Below are positions 36,776 to 46,790 of a DNA stretch of 64,000 nucleotides, in pieces. The position numbers and the translations under genes were made by a program. Each line of letters opens with the position of its first letter. The stretch's first letter is position 1. The notes below the pieces were generated by a model that worked only from the letters and a program-made list of their open reading frames with translations, was not told the DNA's origin and searched no databases. Origin of the DNA: Chloroflexota bacterium (GTDB lineage: Bacteria; Chloroflexota; Dehalococcoidia; DSGV01); NCBI GenBank assembly GCA_021787985.1, contig JAJYLG010000004.1, forward strand, positions 22,869 to 86,868. Direction: 5' to 3'.

Positions 36776-39367
36776 CTACCCCGCGGCGGGCGTCCTCACG
36801 GCCGCGGCCGCCCCGTCGCCGCCGGCTGGCGGCTGCGCCAGCGCCTCGAGCTTCTCCAGCCGCTGGCGCAGGTCGGCGTTCTCCTTCTGCAGGCGCTCGA
36901 CGTCGTCGCGCAGCCGCTGCACGTCCTCGCCGCGGCGCTTGCCCTCCTGGATCTGGGCGATCGCCTCGCGCGCGCGGCGAATGACGCGGCCGTCGAGGTC
37001 ACGCGCGGCGAGACGGCGCAGCGCGGGCACGGCGGCCGCGTCGTTGCAGGCCGCCAGGGAGACAGTCGCCGCCTGGCGCACACGGAGGTCCGGGTCGTCG
37101 AGCAGCGTCGCCAGGTACTCGACGACGTGCTTCTTGTCTTCGCCGAGGCGGCCCAGCAGGCCGATGGCCGCCACGCGCGCCTGCCAGGACTTACCAGGCG
37201 CGGACCACTCCTTCGCCAGCGGCACGGCGCGCTCGTCCAGCAGCGCGCCCAGCCCCTCGAAGGCGAGCTGGCGGACGACATCCTGCCAGCTCTCGCGCGT
37301 GCGGATGACCTCCGCCAGCGCCTCGAAGGCGCCCGGCTGGCGGGTGCGGCCCAGCGACCGCGCAGCCTCGGCCTCGACGAAGTAGGACGGGTCGCCGTGG
37401 CGCAGCAGCTCGGTGAGCGCCTCCGCGGCGCGCGGTCGCAGGAACTGGCCGAGCGCCGACACGACTCCGCGCCGGCCCTTCGGGTGCGGGACGTCGAGCA
37501 GCGCGGTCAGCCGGTCGAGCGCCTCTGCCGTGCGCACATCGCCGAGGGCGCGCGCGGCTTCGGCTTGCACGGCCCAGTGGGTGTCCTGGCGCACGGCCCG
37601 CGCCAACGCCTCGACCGCCTGGTGCGAGCCGAGCTTGCCCAGATCCTGAGCGGCGCGCACGCGGCCGATGACGTCGGGGTCCGACCGCAGTTGCTCGACC
37701 AGCTCCTCCGGTCCCTTCTTGAACTCGACGGTTTTCAGGAGGTGGTTTCCCGGGTCGAAGCGCACCAGGGTCGGTCGCTTGGGCAGCTTGACGTAGAGCG
37801 ATTCCTCGGCCCGGCGGATGTGCACCACCGCCTGCTGCGAGCCGCCGTCCCAGCGGAAGTCCACCGGCACGTCGGCGCGGAAGACCGCCACCGTCCCGTC
37901 GGACGTGTCCTGAGCCTGGCGAGCGGTCAGGCGCGCGCTGGACGTTGTGTCGTCCCACGACCATTCGACCTTGAAGTCGGGGTGACCGGCTTTGTAGACC
38001 CACTGGTCGAAGAACCAGTCCAGGGTGCGGCCGGTGGCCTCCTCGATCGCGCGCTGGAGGTCCGGGGTGGTGACCACGCCCTCGCGGTGGCGCGACACGT
38101 AGTGCCGCACGCTGCGCCAGAACAGCCGGTCGCCCAGCTCGCGCCGGAGCATGTGCAGCACCAGCGCGCCCTTCTCGTACAGGTGCCGGTCGAAGATGTC
38201 GATCGGCTCGTTGTAGACGTTGCTGACGATCGGGCGGCCGTATCGTCCCGTCTCGGAGAAATAGACCTGGGCGTCCTCCCAGCGCTTCATGGCCGCCTCG
38301 TCCGCGCCCTGGTACGCTTCGCGCCACACGATCTCCATGAACGAGGCGAAGCCCTCGTTGAGCCAGGCGTGCGCCCACTCGCGGCAGGTAAGCAGGTCAC
38401 CGAACCACTGGTGCGCCAGCTCGTGTGAGACCAGGTCGTCCGCGTCGCGATCGATCGCGGCCCGTTCGTCGAGCAGCACCGTGTCGGTGAGCGTGGTGGC
38501 GCCGATGTTCTCCATGCCCCCGAAGATGAACTCCGCGACGAAGGTCTGCAGGTACTGCGGATAGGGGTACTTCACGCCGATCAGCCGCTCGAACTCGCGG
38601 ATCATGCGCGGCGTGCGCTCGAGCGTTCGCTGGGCCTCGGGCTCGCGGGCGCGCTGGACGTAGTAGCGCACGGGAAGGTCAGGCAGGTCGGCCTGAAGCT
38701 CGGAGAAGTCGCCGGCTGCCACGCTCAGCAGATAGGTGACGTGCGGCACGTCCATCTGCCAGTGGTAGGTGGCGGTCCCCGCGGCCCGGTCCTCGCTGCG
38801 CTCCACCAGGCGGCCGTTGCCGACGGCCGTCCAGCCCGCGGGGACGGTGACGATCAGCTCGCTGGTCGCTTTCTCATTGGGGAAGTCGTGGCAAGGGAAC
38901 CAGTGGCGCGAGTCCTCGTCCTGCCCCTGGCTCCAGAGCTGGCGCGGGCGGTCGGGGTAGAGCTCGTCGGGTGCGATGAAGTAGAGGCCGCGGCGCGGGT
39001 GCGCGCCATACGCGACGGTGACGGTGTGACGCCTGCCCGCGGCCAGGCGTCGGGGGAAGCGGACCGTCAGCCGAGCCCCGTCGTAGTCGTACTGCAGGGC
39101 GCGTCCGCGTTCGTCCACGACCGAGTCGATGCGCATCTCGACGGCGTCGAGTCCCAGGTGCTGGATCCCCTCACCCAGCGGGCTGAACTCGAGCGTGCAG
39201 CGGCCGTTGATGCTGCGCTGCTCGACGTCCACCGCCAGGTCGAGGCGGTAGTGACGGATGTCCGCGACGCGGTCGGGCGCGTAGTGCGGCGTGTCGCCGG
39301 GGAGGGGGAACGGGCGCAGCGGCCCTGCGGCCACGGCACAGCGGGCCTGCGCGGAACGCTCTGGCAT
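36776..39367 (-). CDS. pepN: M1-family aminopeptidase N with C-terminal HEAT/PBS-lyase repeats and a coiled-coil tail
   Basis: FGGMEN, the HELAHQWFGDLLT zinc motif, NEGFASF, about 5 HEAT-like repeats (AAQDLGKLGS..., ARSLGRTR...), and RLRDDVERLQKENADLRQRLEKLE. Confidence 0.85.
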   Translation of the reverse strand: MPERSAQARCAVAAGPLRPFPLPGDTPHYAPDRVADIRHYRLDLAVDVEQRSINGRCTLEFSPLGEGIQHLGLDAVEMRIDSVVDERGRALQYDYDGARLTVRFPRRLAAGRRHTVTVAYGAHPRRGLYFIAPDELYPDRPRQLWSQGQDEDSRHWFPCHDFPNEKATSELIVTVPAGWTAVGNGRLVERSEDRAAGTATYHWQMDVPHVTYLLSVAAGDFSELQADLPDLPVRYYVQRAREPEAQRTLERTPRMIREFERLIGVKYPYPQYLQTFVAEFIFGGMENIGATTLTDTVLLDERAAIDRDADDLVSHELAHQWFGDLLTCREWAHAWLNEGFASFMEIVWREAYQGADEAAMKRWEDAQVYFSETGRYGRPIVSNVYNEPIDIFDRHLYEKGALVLHMLRRELGDRLFWRSVRHYVSRHREGVVTTPDLQRAIEEATGRTLDWFFDQWVYKAGHPDFKVEWSWDDTTSSARLTARQAQDTSDGTVAVFRADVPVDFRWDGGSQQAVVHIRRAEESLYVKLPKRPTLVRFDPGNHLLKTVEFKKGPEELVEQLRSDPDVIGRVRAAQDLGKLGSHQAVEALARAVRQDTHWAVQAEAARALGDVRTAEALDRLTALLDVPHPKGRRGVVSALGQFLRPRAAEALTELLRHGDPSYFVEAEAARSLGRTRQPGAFEALAEVIRTRESWQDVVRQLAFEGLGALLDERAVPLAKEWSAPGKSWQARVAAIGLLGRLGEDKKHVVEYLATLLDDPDLRVRQAATVSLAACNDAAAVPALRRLAARDLDGRVIRRAREAIAQIQEGKRRGEDVQRLRDDVERLQKENADLRQRLEKLEALAQPPAGGDGAAAAVRTPAAG

Positions 39368-39440
39368 TCTCTGGGCTCCAGTCTCTCGAAGATGGTCCGT
39401 TTGGGCGCACTGCGCCGATTATATCGACCGCGCCGGGAGT

Positions 39441-39866
39441 CTACTCGGGTGGCGCTGGCGCGGCGGTGAAGAGTTGGAAGAGCACGCCGCCGCTGTCTTT
39501 CGGGTGGATGAAGGTCTGCCGCCAGCCGTCGTAATGCACGTTGGGGAAGGGCTCAATCCCGTTCGTGCGCAGCGCATCGGCGGCGCGCTCGATGTCTTCC
39601 ACCTCGATCGTGACGTGGTGGATCCCCGGTCCGCGTTCGCGCAGGAACTTAGCCACGAAGGAGTCCTCGCTGGTCGGCTCGATCAGCTCGAACTGGAGCG
39701 TGCTGTTGGGGATCGCGAAGGTCTCCCAGCGGTATTCCTGCGCTTCGCTGACGCCGCCGCTGAGTCGCTTCACCCCGAAGACGCGCTCGAGGAATGCGGC
39801 CTGCTGGTCGATGGACCAGACCGCCATCGACACGTGGTCGACCCGCTTTACGCCGATGTCGCTCAT
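39441..39866 (-). CDS. VOC-family protein, methylmalonyl-CoA epimerase-like
   Basis: VDHVSMAV...GIHHVTIEVEDIERA...FIHPKDSGGVLFQLF. Confidence 0.65.
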   Translation of the reverse strand: MSDIGVKRVDHVSMAVWSIDQQAAFLERVFGVKRLSGGVSEAQEYRWETFAIPNSTLQFELIEPTSEDSFVAKFLRERGPGIHHVTIEVEDIERAADALRTNGIEPFPNVHYDGWRQTFIHPKDSGGVLFQLFTAAPAPPE

Positions 39867-39922
39867 GGCCGTCCCTGCCCCAGGTATGCCGCGCGGCGGG
39901 CGCCGCTCGCGCGCACGCTACA

Positions 39923-40918
39923 ATGATGCCCACCGTGGACGTCTTGACGGAAGGCAGAGCGGCCAGCGCGAGGCGCACGCTGCGCGCTACGTTCGTGGTG
40001 AACCCGAACGCGCGTGGCGTGCCCTCGCCCGAGCGCCTGATGCTGGCTCCCGCCTGGCTGCGGGTCGCCGGCTGGCAGACGGCCGTCGAATACACGCGCG
40101 GGCCGGGCCACGCCACGGAGCTTGCGCGGGCGGCCGCCGCCGCTGGCGTGGGCGTGGTGGTGGCGGTCGGCGGCGACGGCACGGTGAACGAGGTGGTCAA
40201 CGGGCTGGTCGGGACGGACACCGCGCTGGCCGTGCTGCCCTGCGGCACCGCCAACGTGTGGGCGCGCGAGATCGGCATGCCGCATGCGCCCGACCGTGCG
40301 GCGGCGGCCATCCACCGCGGCTGGCTGCGACGCGTCGACACCGGACGCGTCGGATCGCGGCACTTCCTGCTGATGGCCTCACTCGGGCTCGACAGCCAGG
40401 TCGCGGCGCTGGTCGAGCCGCTGCGTAAGCGACGCTGGGGCGCGCTGGCATACGCCGGCCGCGGGCTCCGGGAGGCGATCGCGTACACCTCGCACCGGGC
40501 GATGGTCTGGCTCGACGGCCAGCGGCTCGACTGCAACCTCATGGTGATGGTGGTCGGCAACACGCGCAGCTACGGCGGCGTGCTGCAGGTCACGAACGAG
40601 GCGCGGGTCGACGATGGGCTGCTGGACGTGGTGGTCTACAACGGCAGCGGGGTGAACCGCTTGCTGCGCCATCTGGCGCGTACGCTGCTCGGCCGGCACG
40701 CCAACACCGGGGAATCCGTCTACACGCAGGCGCGCGAGATCCGCGTGGAGCTGCCGCGGCCGCTGCCGGTGCAGGCGGACGGCGACGTGGTCGGCAGCAC
40801 GCCGGTGGAGATCATCTGCGCGCCGGGGTCGCTCTGGGCCGTGGTGCCGCGCACCTATCGCGGGCCGCTCTTCCGCCGGCAGCTCGCGGCCACGCTCGAG
40901 CCGGTGGCACGCCGCTAG
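39923..40918 (+). CDS. Diacylglycerol kinase catalytic-domain family lipid kinase (YegS/DagK-like)
   Basis: Start MMPTVDV at 39923. Motifs VVAVGGDGTVNEVVNGL and LPCGTAN. Confidence 0.8.
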   Translation: MMPTVDVLTEGRAASARRTLRATFVVNPNARGVPSPERLMLAPAWLRVAGWQTAVEYTRGPGHATELARAAAAAGVGVVVAVGGDGTVNEVVNGLVGTDTALAVLPCGTANVWAREIGMPHAPDRAAAAIHRGWLRRVDTGRVGSRHFLLMASLGLDSQVAALVEPLRKRRWGALAYAGRGLREAIAYTSHRAMVWLDGQRLDCNLMVMVVGNTRSYGGVLQVTNEARVDDGLLDVVVYNGSGVNRLLRHLARTLLGRHANTGESVYTQAREIRVELPRPLPVQADGDVVGSTPVEIICAPGSLWAVVPRTYRGPLFRRQLAATLEPVARR

Positions 40919-42558
40919 CTTCCGCCGGGCGCGCCAGCCACCGATCGGGGCTGGGAAACCGCGGCGGCCGGCGCGCACGAGCGCAGCCGTGCGCCGATCG
41001 CCCAGATCAGCAGCAGGTTGAGGACGGCGATTGCGCCCAGGCCGATGTTGAGCAGGAGCTCGAGCTGGACGTCGCTCAGTCCATGGGTGGGCGCCAGGAC
41101 GCGCTGGCCCACCAGCACGCTGGCGCCGTTCCAGGCGCCATGCAACGCCCAAGCCGCCAGGAATAGCGGCGGCAAGCGCCACCAGCGCCCCCGCGACGCC
41201 CCGTACCAGCCGAGCGCCACCAACCCGGTCGCCAGGCAGTGCAGCGTGGTCGAGCCCGCGCGCACCAACGCGCCGCTCCACCACTGGTTCGCTCCCCCGT
41301 GAACGGCAAGCGCCACGTAGCCCACACCTTCGAACGCCGCGAAGCCCGCGCCGACAAGCACGCCGATGCCGAACGCGTCTCGCGCCGAGGCGCAGGCGCG
41401 CACGGCGATCGGGTAGCCGAATCCCTTCGTGAGCTCCTCGACGAACGGCCCGATCAGGGCGTAGATGAGCAGCGTGTTGCCCGTGACCTCGCGCTGGGTC
41501 AGGTAGCGATCGATGTGCTCGAAAAGGCCTCGGTATCCGGGCCCGTTCGTCACCAGGGCGAACGCGTGCGTGCGGGAGAGGGCCAGGGCGAAGACGGCGA
41601 ACTCCGCGGCGATCTCGATCATGGCGGCGGCGAAGGTCGCGCAGACGGCGCCCCAGGCCCAGGCCGTCCACATCTGGCGCCAGGTCAGCGGTCCTCGCTC
41701 GCGATGCCAGCGGAGGCCCACGAAAGCCAGGCCGGCGAAGGCGAGGCCCGGCAGCAGACCCGCCGGCACGGTCAGCGCGGCCAGCGCGCCGCCCTGCATG
41801 CGGGCGCTCCGCGCAGCGGCCGCTCCAACCGCGACGACGGCCGTGGCCACCAGGACCCACGGCCAGAAGCGCGGCAGGTTGGCGCGGCCGGACAGCGAGC
41901 CCGTCACCGCCGACGCGGCGTGATAGAGGAGCGCGCTGCCCGCCATGGCGAGGATCACGGCGGTCCCGACCTGGGCAATCACGGGCGCCGCAACCGGGTA
42001 GTGGCGCCGCGTCTCGCGCAGCGCCTGGTACACGACGGCCGGCAGCGAGGCGACGAGGCCGGTCGCGAGCAGCAGGAGCAGCGTGGCGTAGATGGCAGCC
42101 CCCACCGCGACGCCCTTGGAAGTGGGTCGGCCGCCGCGACGCAGCAGCGTCAGCGCCAGCCAGGTGAGCAGAGCAAGCGCGACGACGATCGCGGCCGCGC
42201 CGCCGATGGCAGCGACGGCCCGCATCCGCGATGGGTCGAGGCCCTGCGGTCGCACCTGGCCCAGCCCCGGGGCGGCGGCCAGGGTGGCGATGCCGACCGG
42301 CAGCAGCACGAGCCCGGCGACCGCCCAGCAAGCGCGCGCCAGACCAGGCGCAGCCCAGCCGAGCGCCAGGCCGGCAAACCCCAATACCACCACGCCGACG
42401 CCGCCCGGCCAAACCGCCACCGCCGTGCTCCCGGGCGCGCGTGTGGCATCCCACATCAGCTCGCCGACGAGCAGCGCCCAGCCGCCGACGAAGGCGTGCA
42501 GCGCAGCCGTCGCGGCCCACGCCCGACCGGCCGTCCACGGGCGCGACGCCGTGATCAC
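40915..42558 (-). CDS. Polytopic membrane protein with C-terminal PrsW-family protease domain
   Basis: GTG at 42558 overlaps the recF stop (GTGA). About 12 TM segments. PrsW-type motifs IGPFVEELTKGFGY, HCLATG and HGAWNG. The 1039-aa ORF-track call (40915..44034) overlaps recF and was rejected. Confidence 0.65.
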   Translation of the reverse strand: MITASRPWTAGRAWAATAALHAFVGGWALLVGELMWDATRAPGSTAVAVWPGGVGVVVLGFAGLALGWAAPGLARACWAVAGLVLLPVGIATLAAAPGLGQVRPQGLDPSRMRAVAAIGGAAAIVVALALLTWLALTLLRRGGRPTSKGVAVGAAIYATLLLLLATGLVASLPAVVYQALRETRRHYPVAAPVIAQVGTAVILAMAGSALLYHAASAVTGSLSGRANLPRFWPWVLVATAVVAVGAAAARSARMQGGALAALTVPAGLLPGLAFAGLAFVGLRWHRERGPLTWRQMWTAWAWGAVCATFAAAMIEIAAEFAVFALALSRTHAFALVTNGPGYRGLFEHIDRYLTQREVTGNTLLIYALIGPFVEELTKGFGYPIAVRACASARDAFGIGVLVGAGFAAFEGVGYVALAVHGGANQWWSGALVRAGSTTLHCLATGLVALGWYGASRGRWWRLPPLFLAAWALHGAWNGASVLVGQRVLAPTHGLSDVQLELLLNIGLGAIAVLNLLLIWAIGARLRSCAPAAAVSQPRSVAGAPGGS

Positions 42559-43706
42559 GCGCGCTCCAGGGCGAGCGGACGCAGCGTGCCCGCGTGCACG
42601 TGCCAGGCGGCGGCCAGCGGCACGCCGGCGAAGTGCGCCGGGTCGGGCGAGGTGAGCAGCGCTTGGCTGACGCCGGCAACGTGCGACAGCGCGGCAAGGC
42701 GCCGCTCCGGATCGAACTCGGAGAGAATGTCGTCGAGCAAGAGGACCGGCGGTTCGTCCAAGCGTTCCTCCATCACCGCGGCCTCGGCCAGCCGCAGCGC
42801 CAGCGCGCTCGTGCGCTGCTGCGCCCGCGAACCAAAGCTCGCGAGCGGCCGCCCGTTCAGGGCGAAGGATAGATCGTCGCGATGCGGCCCGTGGAGCGTC
42901 ATGCCGGCGGCCAGCTCGCGACGCCGCTCGTGGCGGAACGCCGCGCGCCACGAGGACGCGTCGGTGGGCGGCGCCACGCCGCTCGGGGCCGCGGGGCGGT
43001 AGTCGATCGTCAGCGACTCTCCGGGCGCCAGGGCGGCGTGGGCCGCCGCCGCGTGCAGCGCAAGGGCGGGCGTGACGGCCGCGCGGGCTGTGCTGATCGC
43101 GGCCGCGCCGGCGGCGAGCAGATCGTCCCAATAGTCGAGCTGCGCCTCGTCGCCGCCCTGCTCGCGCAGCGTACGCAAGAGCTGATTGCGCTGACGCAGA
43201 ACGCGGGCGTAGCGGTTGAGCTCGGTCGCGTGCCCGTGGACCGTCTGGGCGAGGAGCAGGTCGAAGAAGCGCCGGCGCGCGGCGGGCGGGCCGGTGACCA
43301 GCTCCACGTCCAGCGTCGAGAAGAAGACGGCCGCGAGCAGCCCCACGACTTCCGTCGCCCGCCGCGGCACGCCGTTCACACGGATGCGCCGCGCGGCCTG
43401 GCTGCTGACGGCGGGCCAGCCGCGCGGCGCGACGATGACCTCGACGGTGAACGTGTCCCCGTGCCGCACGAAGGTGCATGCCGCCCGGGCGGCCGGTGGT
43501 CCCTCCGCTTCGGCGCCTTCGCGGACCAGCTCCAGGTCGGACACGGTGCGCAGGGAGCGTGTGGTGGCGCAGAGGTAGATCGCCTCGAGCAGGTTGGTCT
43601 TGCCCTGGGCGTTCGGGCCGGCGAAGAGGACCAGTCCCGGTTGCAGGTCGAGCTCCAACCGACGGATGTTGCGGAAGTCGGTCAGGCTCAGGTGTGTCAG
43701 GTACAC
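42555..43706 (-). CDS. recF: DNA replication and repair protein RecF
   Basis: MYLTHLSLTDFRNIRRLEL, Walker A GPNAQGKTNLLEA, and ABC signature and D-loop at the C-terminus. Confidence 0.9.
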   Translation of the reverse strand: MYLTHLSLTDFRNIRRLELDLQPGLVLFAGPNAQGKTNLLEAIYLCATTRSLRTVSDLELVREGAEAEGPPAARAACTFVRHGDTFTVEVIVAPRGWPAVSSQAARRIRVNGVPRRATEVVGLLAAVFFSTLDVELVTGPPAARRRFFDLLLAQTVHGHATELNRYARVLRQRNQLLRTLREQGGDEAQLDYWDDLLAAGAAAISTARAAVTPALALHAAAAHAALAPGESLTIDYRPAAPSGVAPPTDASSWRAAFRHERRRELAAGMTLHGPHRDDLSFALNGRPLASFGSRAQQRTSALALRLAEAAVMEERLDEPPVLLLDDILSEFDPERRLAALSHVAGVSQALLTSPDPAHFAGVPLAAAWHVHAGTLRPLALERA

Positions 43707-43817
43707 GGGGGAAGCTCCGCCGTTGGCCGCCCGTCCATGGACTCATTGTGCAGGCGGCGTGCCGTGCGGGCGACGTAGCACGGGGCGCCGACGCACGCAC
43801 GCGGTAGCATTCAGGAG

Positions 43818-45500
43818 ATGGACGGCGGCGGACGGCGCAGGCGCATACGTTGGATGCAGCGCGAGCGGCGTATTGTCCTGGTGCTGGCGCGGCACGGCCT
43901 CGGCTGGGTGGTAGACGTGTTCGGCCTCGGCTGGCTGGTGCCGTTCCACCGCGGCATCCTGGGCCACGCGCGCCGGGAGGCGCCGTATACCGGACCCGAG
44001 CACCTGCGAATGGCGCTCGAAGAGCTCGGTCCAACGGCGATCAAGTTCGGGCAGGTGCTGAGCAGCCGTCCCGACATCCTGCCGCCCGCCTACGTCCAGG
44101 AGCTGGAGAAGCTTTGGGACCGAGTCCCGCCGGTGCCCGGTTCCGAGGTGCGGGCGCGCATCGAGGCGGAGCTCGGCCGGCCCATCGACGAGCTGTTCGC
44201 CCGCTTCGACGACGCGCCGCTGGCCGCGGCCTCCATCGGCCAGGTGCACAGCGCGCTCCTGCCGGATGGCACGGAGGTCGTGGTCAAGGTCCGCAAGACC
44301 GGCGTGCTCGACACGGTGGAGGACGACCTGGCGATCCTGCGACGGCTGGCCCGAGCGGCCGAGCGGCGCAGCGCACTGGCGCGGCAGTACGAGGCGGTCG
44401 CGGTCGTCGAGGAGTTCGCGTGGACCATCCGCGCCGAGATGGACTACATGCGCGAGGGCCGCAACGCCGAGCGCCTGCGCAGGACCTACCGCCCGATGCC
44501 AGCCGTGCGCGTGCCGGTCATCTACTGGAGCCACACGTCACGGGGCGTGCTCACGATGGAACGGCTGTATGGCATCCGCATCAACGAGCTGGCCGAGCTC
44601 GACGCGGCGGGGGTGGATCGCCGGCGGGTGGCGAGACTCGGTGCGCGCATGCTGATGCACTCGGTGCTGCGCGAGGGCTTCTTCCACGCCGACCCGCACC
44701 CGGGGAACTTCCTCGTGCAGACGGACGGCTCGATTTGCCTGCTCGACTACGGCATGACCGGGAGCGTCGACCCACGGCTGCGCTTCCAGATGGTGCGCGT
44801 CGGCAGCGCGTTGGTGCGGCGCGACATCGTCGGCGTGGTGGACGGCATCGCCGACGTGGGCATGATCCGGCAGGAACGGAGCCTGGAGCCGCTGCAGCGC
44901 GAGCTGGAGCACTTGCTGGACCGCTACTACGGCATGACGTTGCGCGACGTGGACCCCGCCGTGGTGGTGCACGACATGTTCGGCGTGGTGCGACGGCAGT
45001 CGCTGCGGCTGCCGCCCAGCCTGGCGCTGCTGGCCAAGACCCTGGTGATGCAGGAGGGGCTCTGGCGGCAGCTCGATCCGGAGTTCAACGCCGCCGGGGT
45101 GATGGAGCCGTACGTGCGGGCGCTGGCGCGGGAGATGCGGTCGCCGGGGCGTTGGGCGCGCGAGGCGGCGCACGCCGCGCAGGAGGCGGCGATCCTGTCG
45201 CTGGATCTGCCCACCTGGGCGCGGCGCACGCTGCGGCGGCTGGACCGCGGCGACCTGGAGCTCAGCCTGCGTCACGGCGAGCTGCACGAGGCGCTCGGGC
45301 GCCTGGAGCGGATGGTCACCCGCCTGAGCGCGTCGATCGTGTTCGCCGCGCTGCTGGTGGGCGTCGCCCTGCTGCTGGCGGCGATCCGCTTCCCCGGGTG
45401 GAACTACCTGGTGGGCGCGATGATCGCGCTGGGCACGCTGGGGATGGCGGCGATGGCGACCTGGTCGGCCTGGCTGCTTCTGCGAACGCCGCCGGAGTGA
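43818..45500 (+). CDS. ABC1/UbiB-family atypical kinase with C-terminal TM helices
   Basis: AIKFGQVLSSRPDILPPAY, FHADPHPGN, LLDYGMTG. Confidence 0.85.
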   Translation: MDGGGRRRRIRWMQRERRIVLVLARHGLGWVVDVFGLGWLVPFHRGILGHARREAPYTGPEHLRMALEELGPTAIKFGQVLSSRPDILPPAYVQELEKLWDRVPPVPGSEVRARIEAELGRPIDELFARFDDAPLAAASIGQVHSALLPDGTEVVVKVRKTGVLDTVEDDLAILRRLARAAERRSALARQYEAVAVVEEFAWTIRAEMDYMREGRNAERLRRTYRPMPAVRVPVIYWSHTSRGVLTMERLYGIRINELAELDAAGVDRRRVARLGARMLMHSVLREGFFHADPHPGNFLVQTDGSICLLDYGMTGSVDPRLRFQMVRVGSALVRRDIVGVVDGIADVGMIRQERSLEPLQRELEHLLDRYYGMTLRDVDPAVVVHDMFGVVRRQSLRLPPSLALLAKTLVMQEGLWRQLDPEFNAAGVMEPYVRALAREMRSPGRWAREAAHAAQEAAILSLDLPTWARRTLRRLDRGDLELSLRHGELHEALGRLERMVTRLSASIVFAALLVGVALLLAAIRFPGWNYLVGAMIALGTLGMAAMATWSAWLLLRTPPE

Positions 45501-45569
45501 CTGGCTCATCCCGTCGCCCCTGGCGGAACACGGTGGGGATCCACGCGTCGACGGCGCAGGCTCCGCCGG

Positions 45570-46790
45570 CTACGGTCCGCTGCAGCCCGCTCTCACGGTC
45601 AGCGAATGTATGTCGAACGTGAACCGTTGGCTTGCCACAGTGAGGCACGCGATGCCGGCAGCCGTGTCGAACGTGGCGCTGTCCACCGGGCCTCTGGCCA
45701 CGGGGAGCGGCACGAACGTCCAGTGATCGAGGAACAGGTCCCACGGGGCCAGCAACGCGCCGTTCGAGTTGAGCCAGCCGCAGTGCTCCGCAATAGCTAT
45801 CCCTTGCGGCTGGGGAGCGCGACAGACCAGCAGCCCCGGCTGTGGGCTCTCACCGACCACATCGGCGCGCGTGCTCCCGTTGACGACCCCGAGGAGCGTG
45901 CCGCCGAACAGGCCGCAGAACGCCGCCGAGCCATGCTGCGCGAACAGGGGCGTGAGGGTGGAGTTCCCCAGATCCAGGAAGGCGTCACACGGGCGCTGCT
46001 CTATGGCGCTTGGTAACCAACCACCCAGGCGCCTGCTTATCAACGCGCCCGGTGGCACGGTGCAGCCCGGTGTGTACGCCCCCGTGTCGAGGTGGAACGT
46101 CCAGAGTTGGCTCGCGTTGCCGACGCAGCGGTACGCTTGCGGCCACACGATGTAGCCGATGGGGTGAGCGTCTGCCGCCGGGAAGGAGTAGAAGTGCCAG
46201 TTCGCTAGCAGGCGGCTCACCTCGCTGACGGCGCTCAGCAGGCCGCAGTACGGCCCCTGGTAGTTGGGCGGCCGCTCGCAGTGGAGAAAGCCGGCCCTGG
46301 GGTCGCCGCCTGCCACGCCGGGCACGGCACCCCAGATGACCATGCGGAGCTGCGACAGCCGGGGGCCGTTGGGACAGCCGTTCGGCTGCCCGTTCAGCCC
46401 CTGCACAGGAAGGCACTCGAGCTCACTCGCCGTGTAGAACAGGTTGAGGCACTCGCTTGGCTGACCATGACGACGCAGCAACGCCTTGGCGACCGGCCCA
46501 ATTCCGGGTGAGTAGAGGTCCCGACAGGAACCGATGGGAGGACCGTACTTGGCTGGCGGACCGTAACGGGGTGTACCCGACGCGGTTGCGGCCGGTCGGG
46601 TCGCTGTCTGCGCAGCGGTACGGTCGACCTTCGACGAATCCGAGCAAGCCGCCGCGAAGCCGGCCACGGCGAACACGCTGACGAGCACGAACGCTGCGCG
46701 AGGGATCCGGGAGCGCCTTCTGTCTAACGTATCGGTGAGATTCCTTGGCAACACTGGTCTCCTCCTGCCCAGGAGCCGCTCGCTCAGCAC
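45570..46790 (-). CDS. Cys-rich lipoprotein of unknown function
   Basis: Lipobox FAVAGFAAAC after an Arg-rich n-region. 14 Cys. No recognisable domain. Locally lower GC. Confidence 0.55.
   Translation of the reverse strand: MLSERLLGRRRPVLPRNLTDTLDRRRSRIPRAAFVLVSVFAVAGFAAACSDSSKVDRTAAQTATRPAATASGTPRYGPPAKYGPPIGSCRDLYSPGIGPVAKALLRRHGQPSECLNLFYTASELECLPVQGLNGQPNGCPNGPRLSQLRMVIWGAVPGVAGGDPRAGFLHCERPPNYQGPYCGLLSAVSEVSRLLANWHFYSFPAADAHPIGYIVWPQAYRCVGNASQLWTFHLDTGAYTPGCTVPPGALISRRLGGWLPSAIEQRPCDAFLDLGNSTLTPLFAQHGSAAFCGLFGGTLLGVVNGSTRADVVGESPQPGLLVCRAPQPQGIAIAEHCGWLNSNGALLAPWDLFLDHWTFVPLPVARGPVDSATFDTAAGIACLTVASQRFTFDIHSLTVRAGCSGP

Noticed and set aside
40379-44034. Overlapping long minus-strand ORFs of 772 aa and 1039 aa
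   Set aside because: The 772-aa ORF is compositional noise. The 1039-aa ORF is real only from the GTG at 42558 downward (PrsW-like protein). Its upper part overlaps recF in another frame and is Arg/Gly-rich junk.
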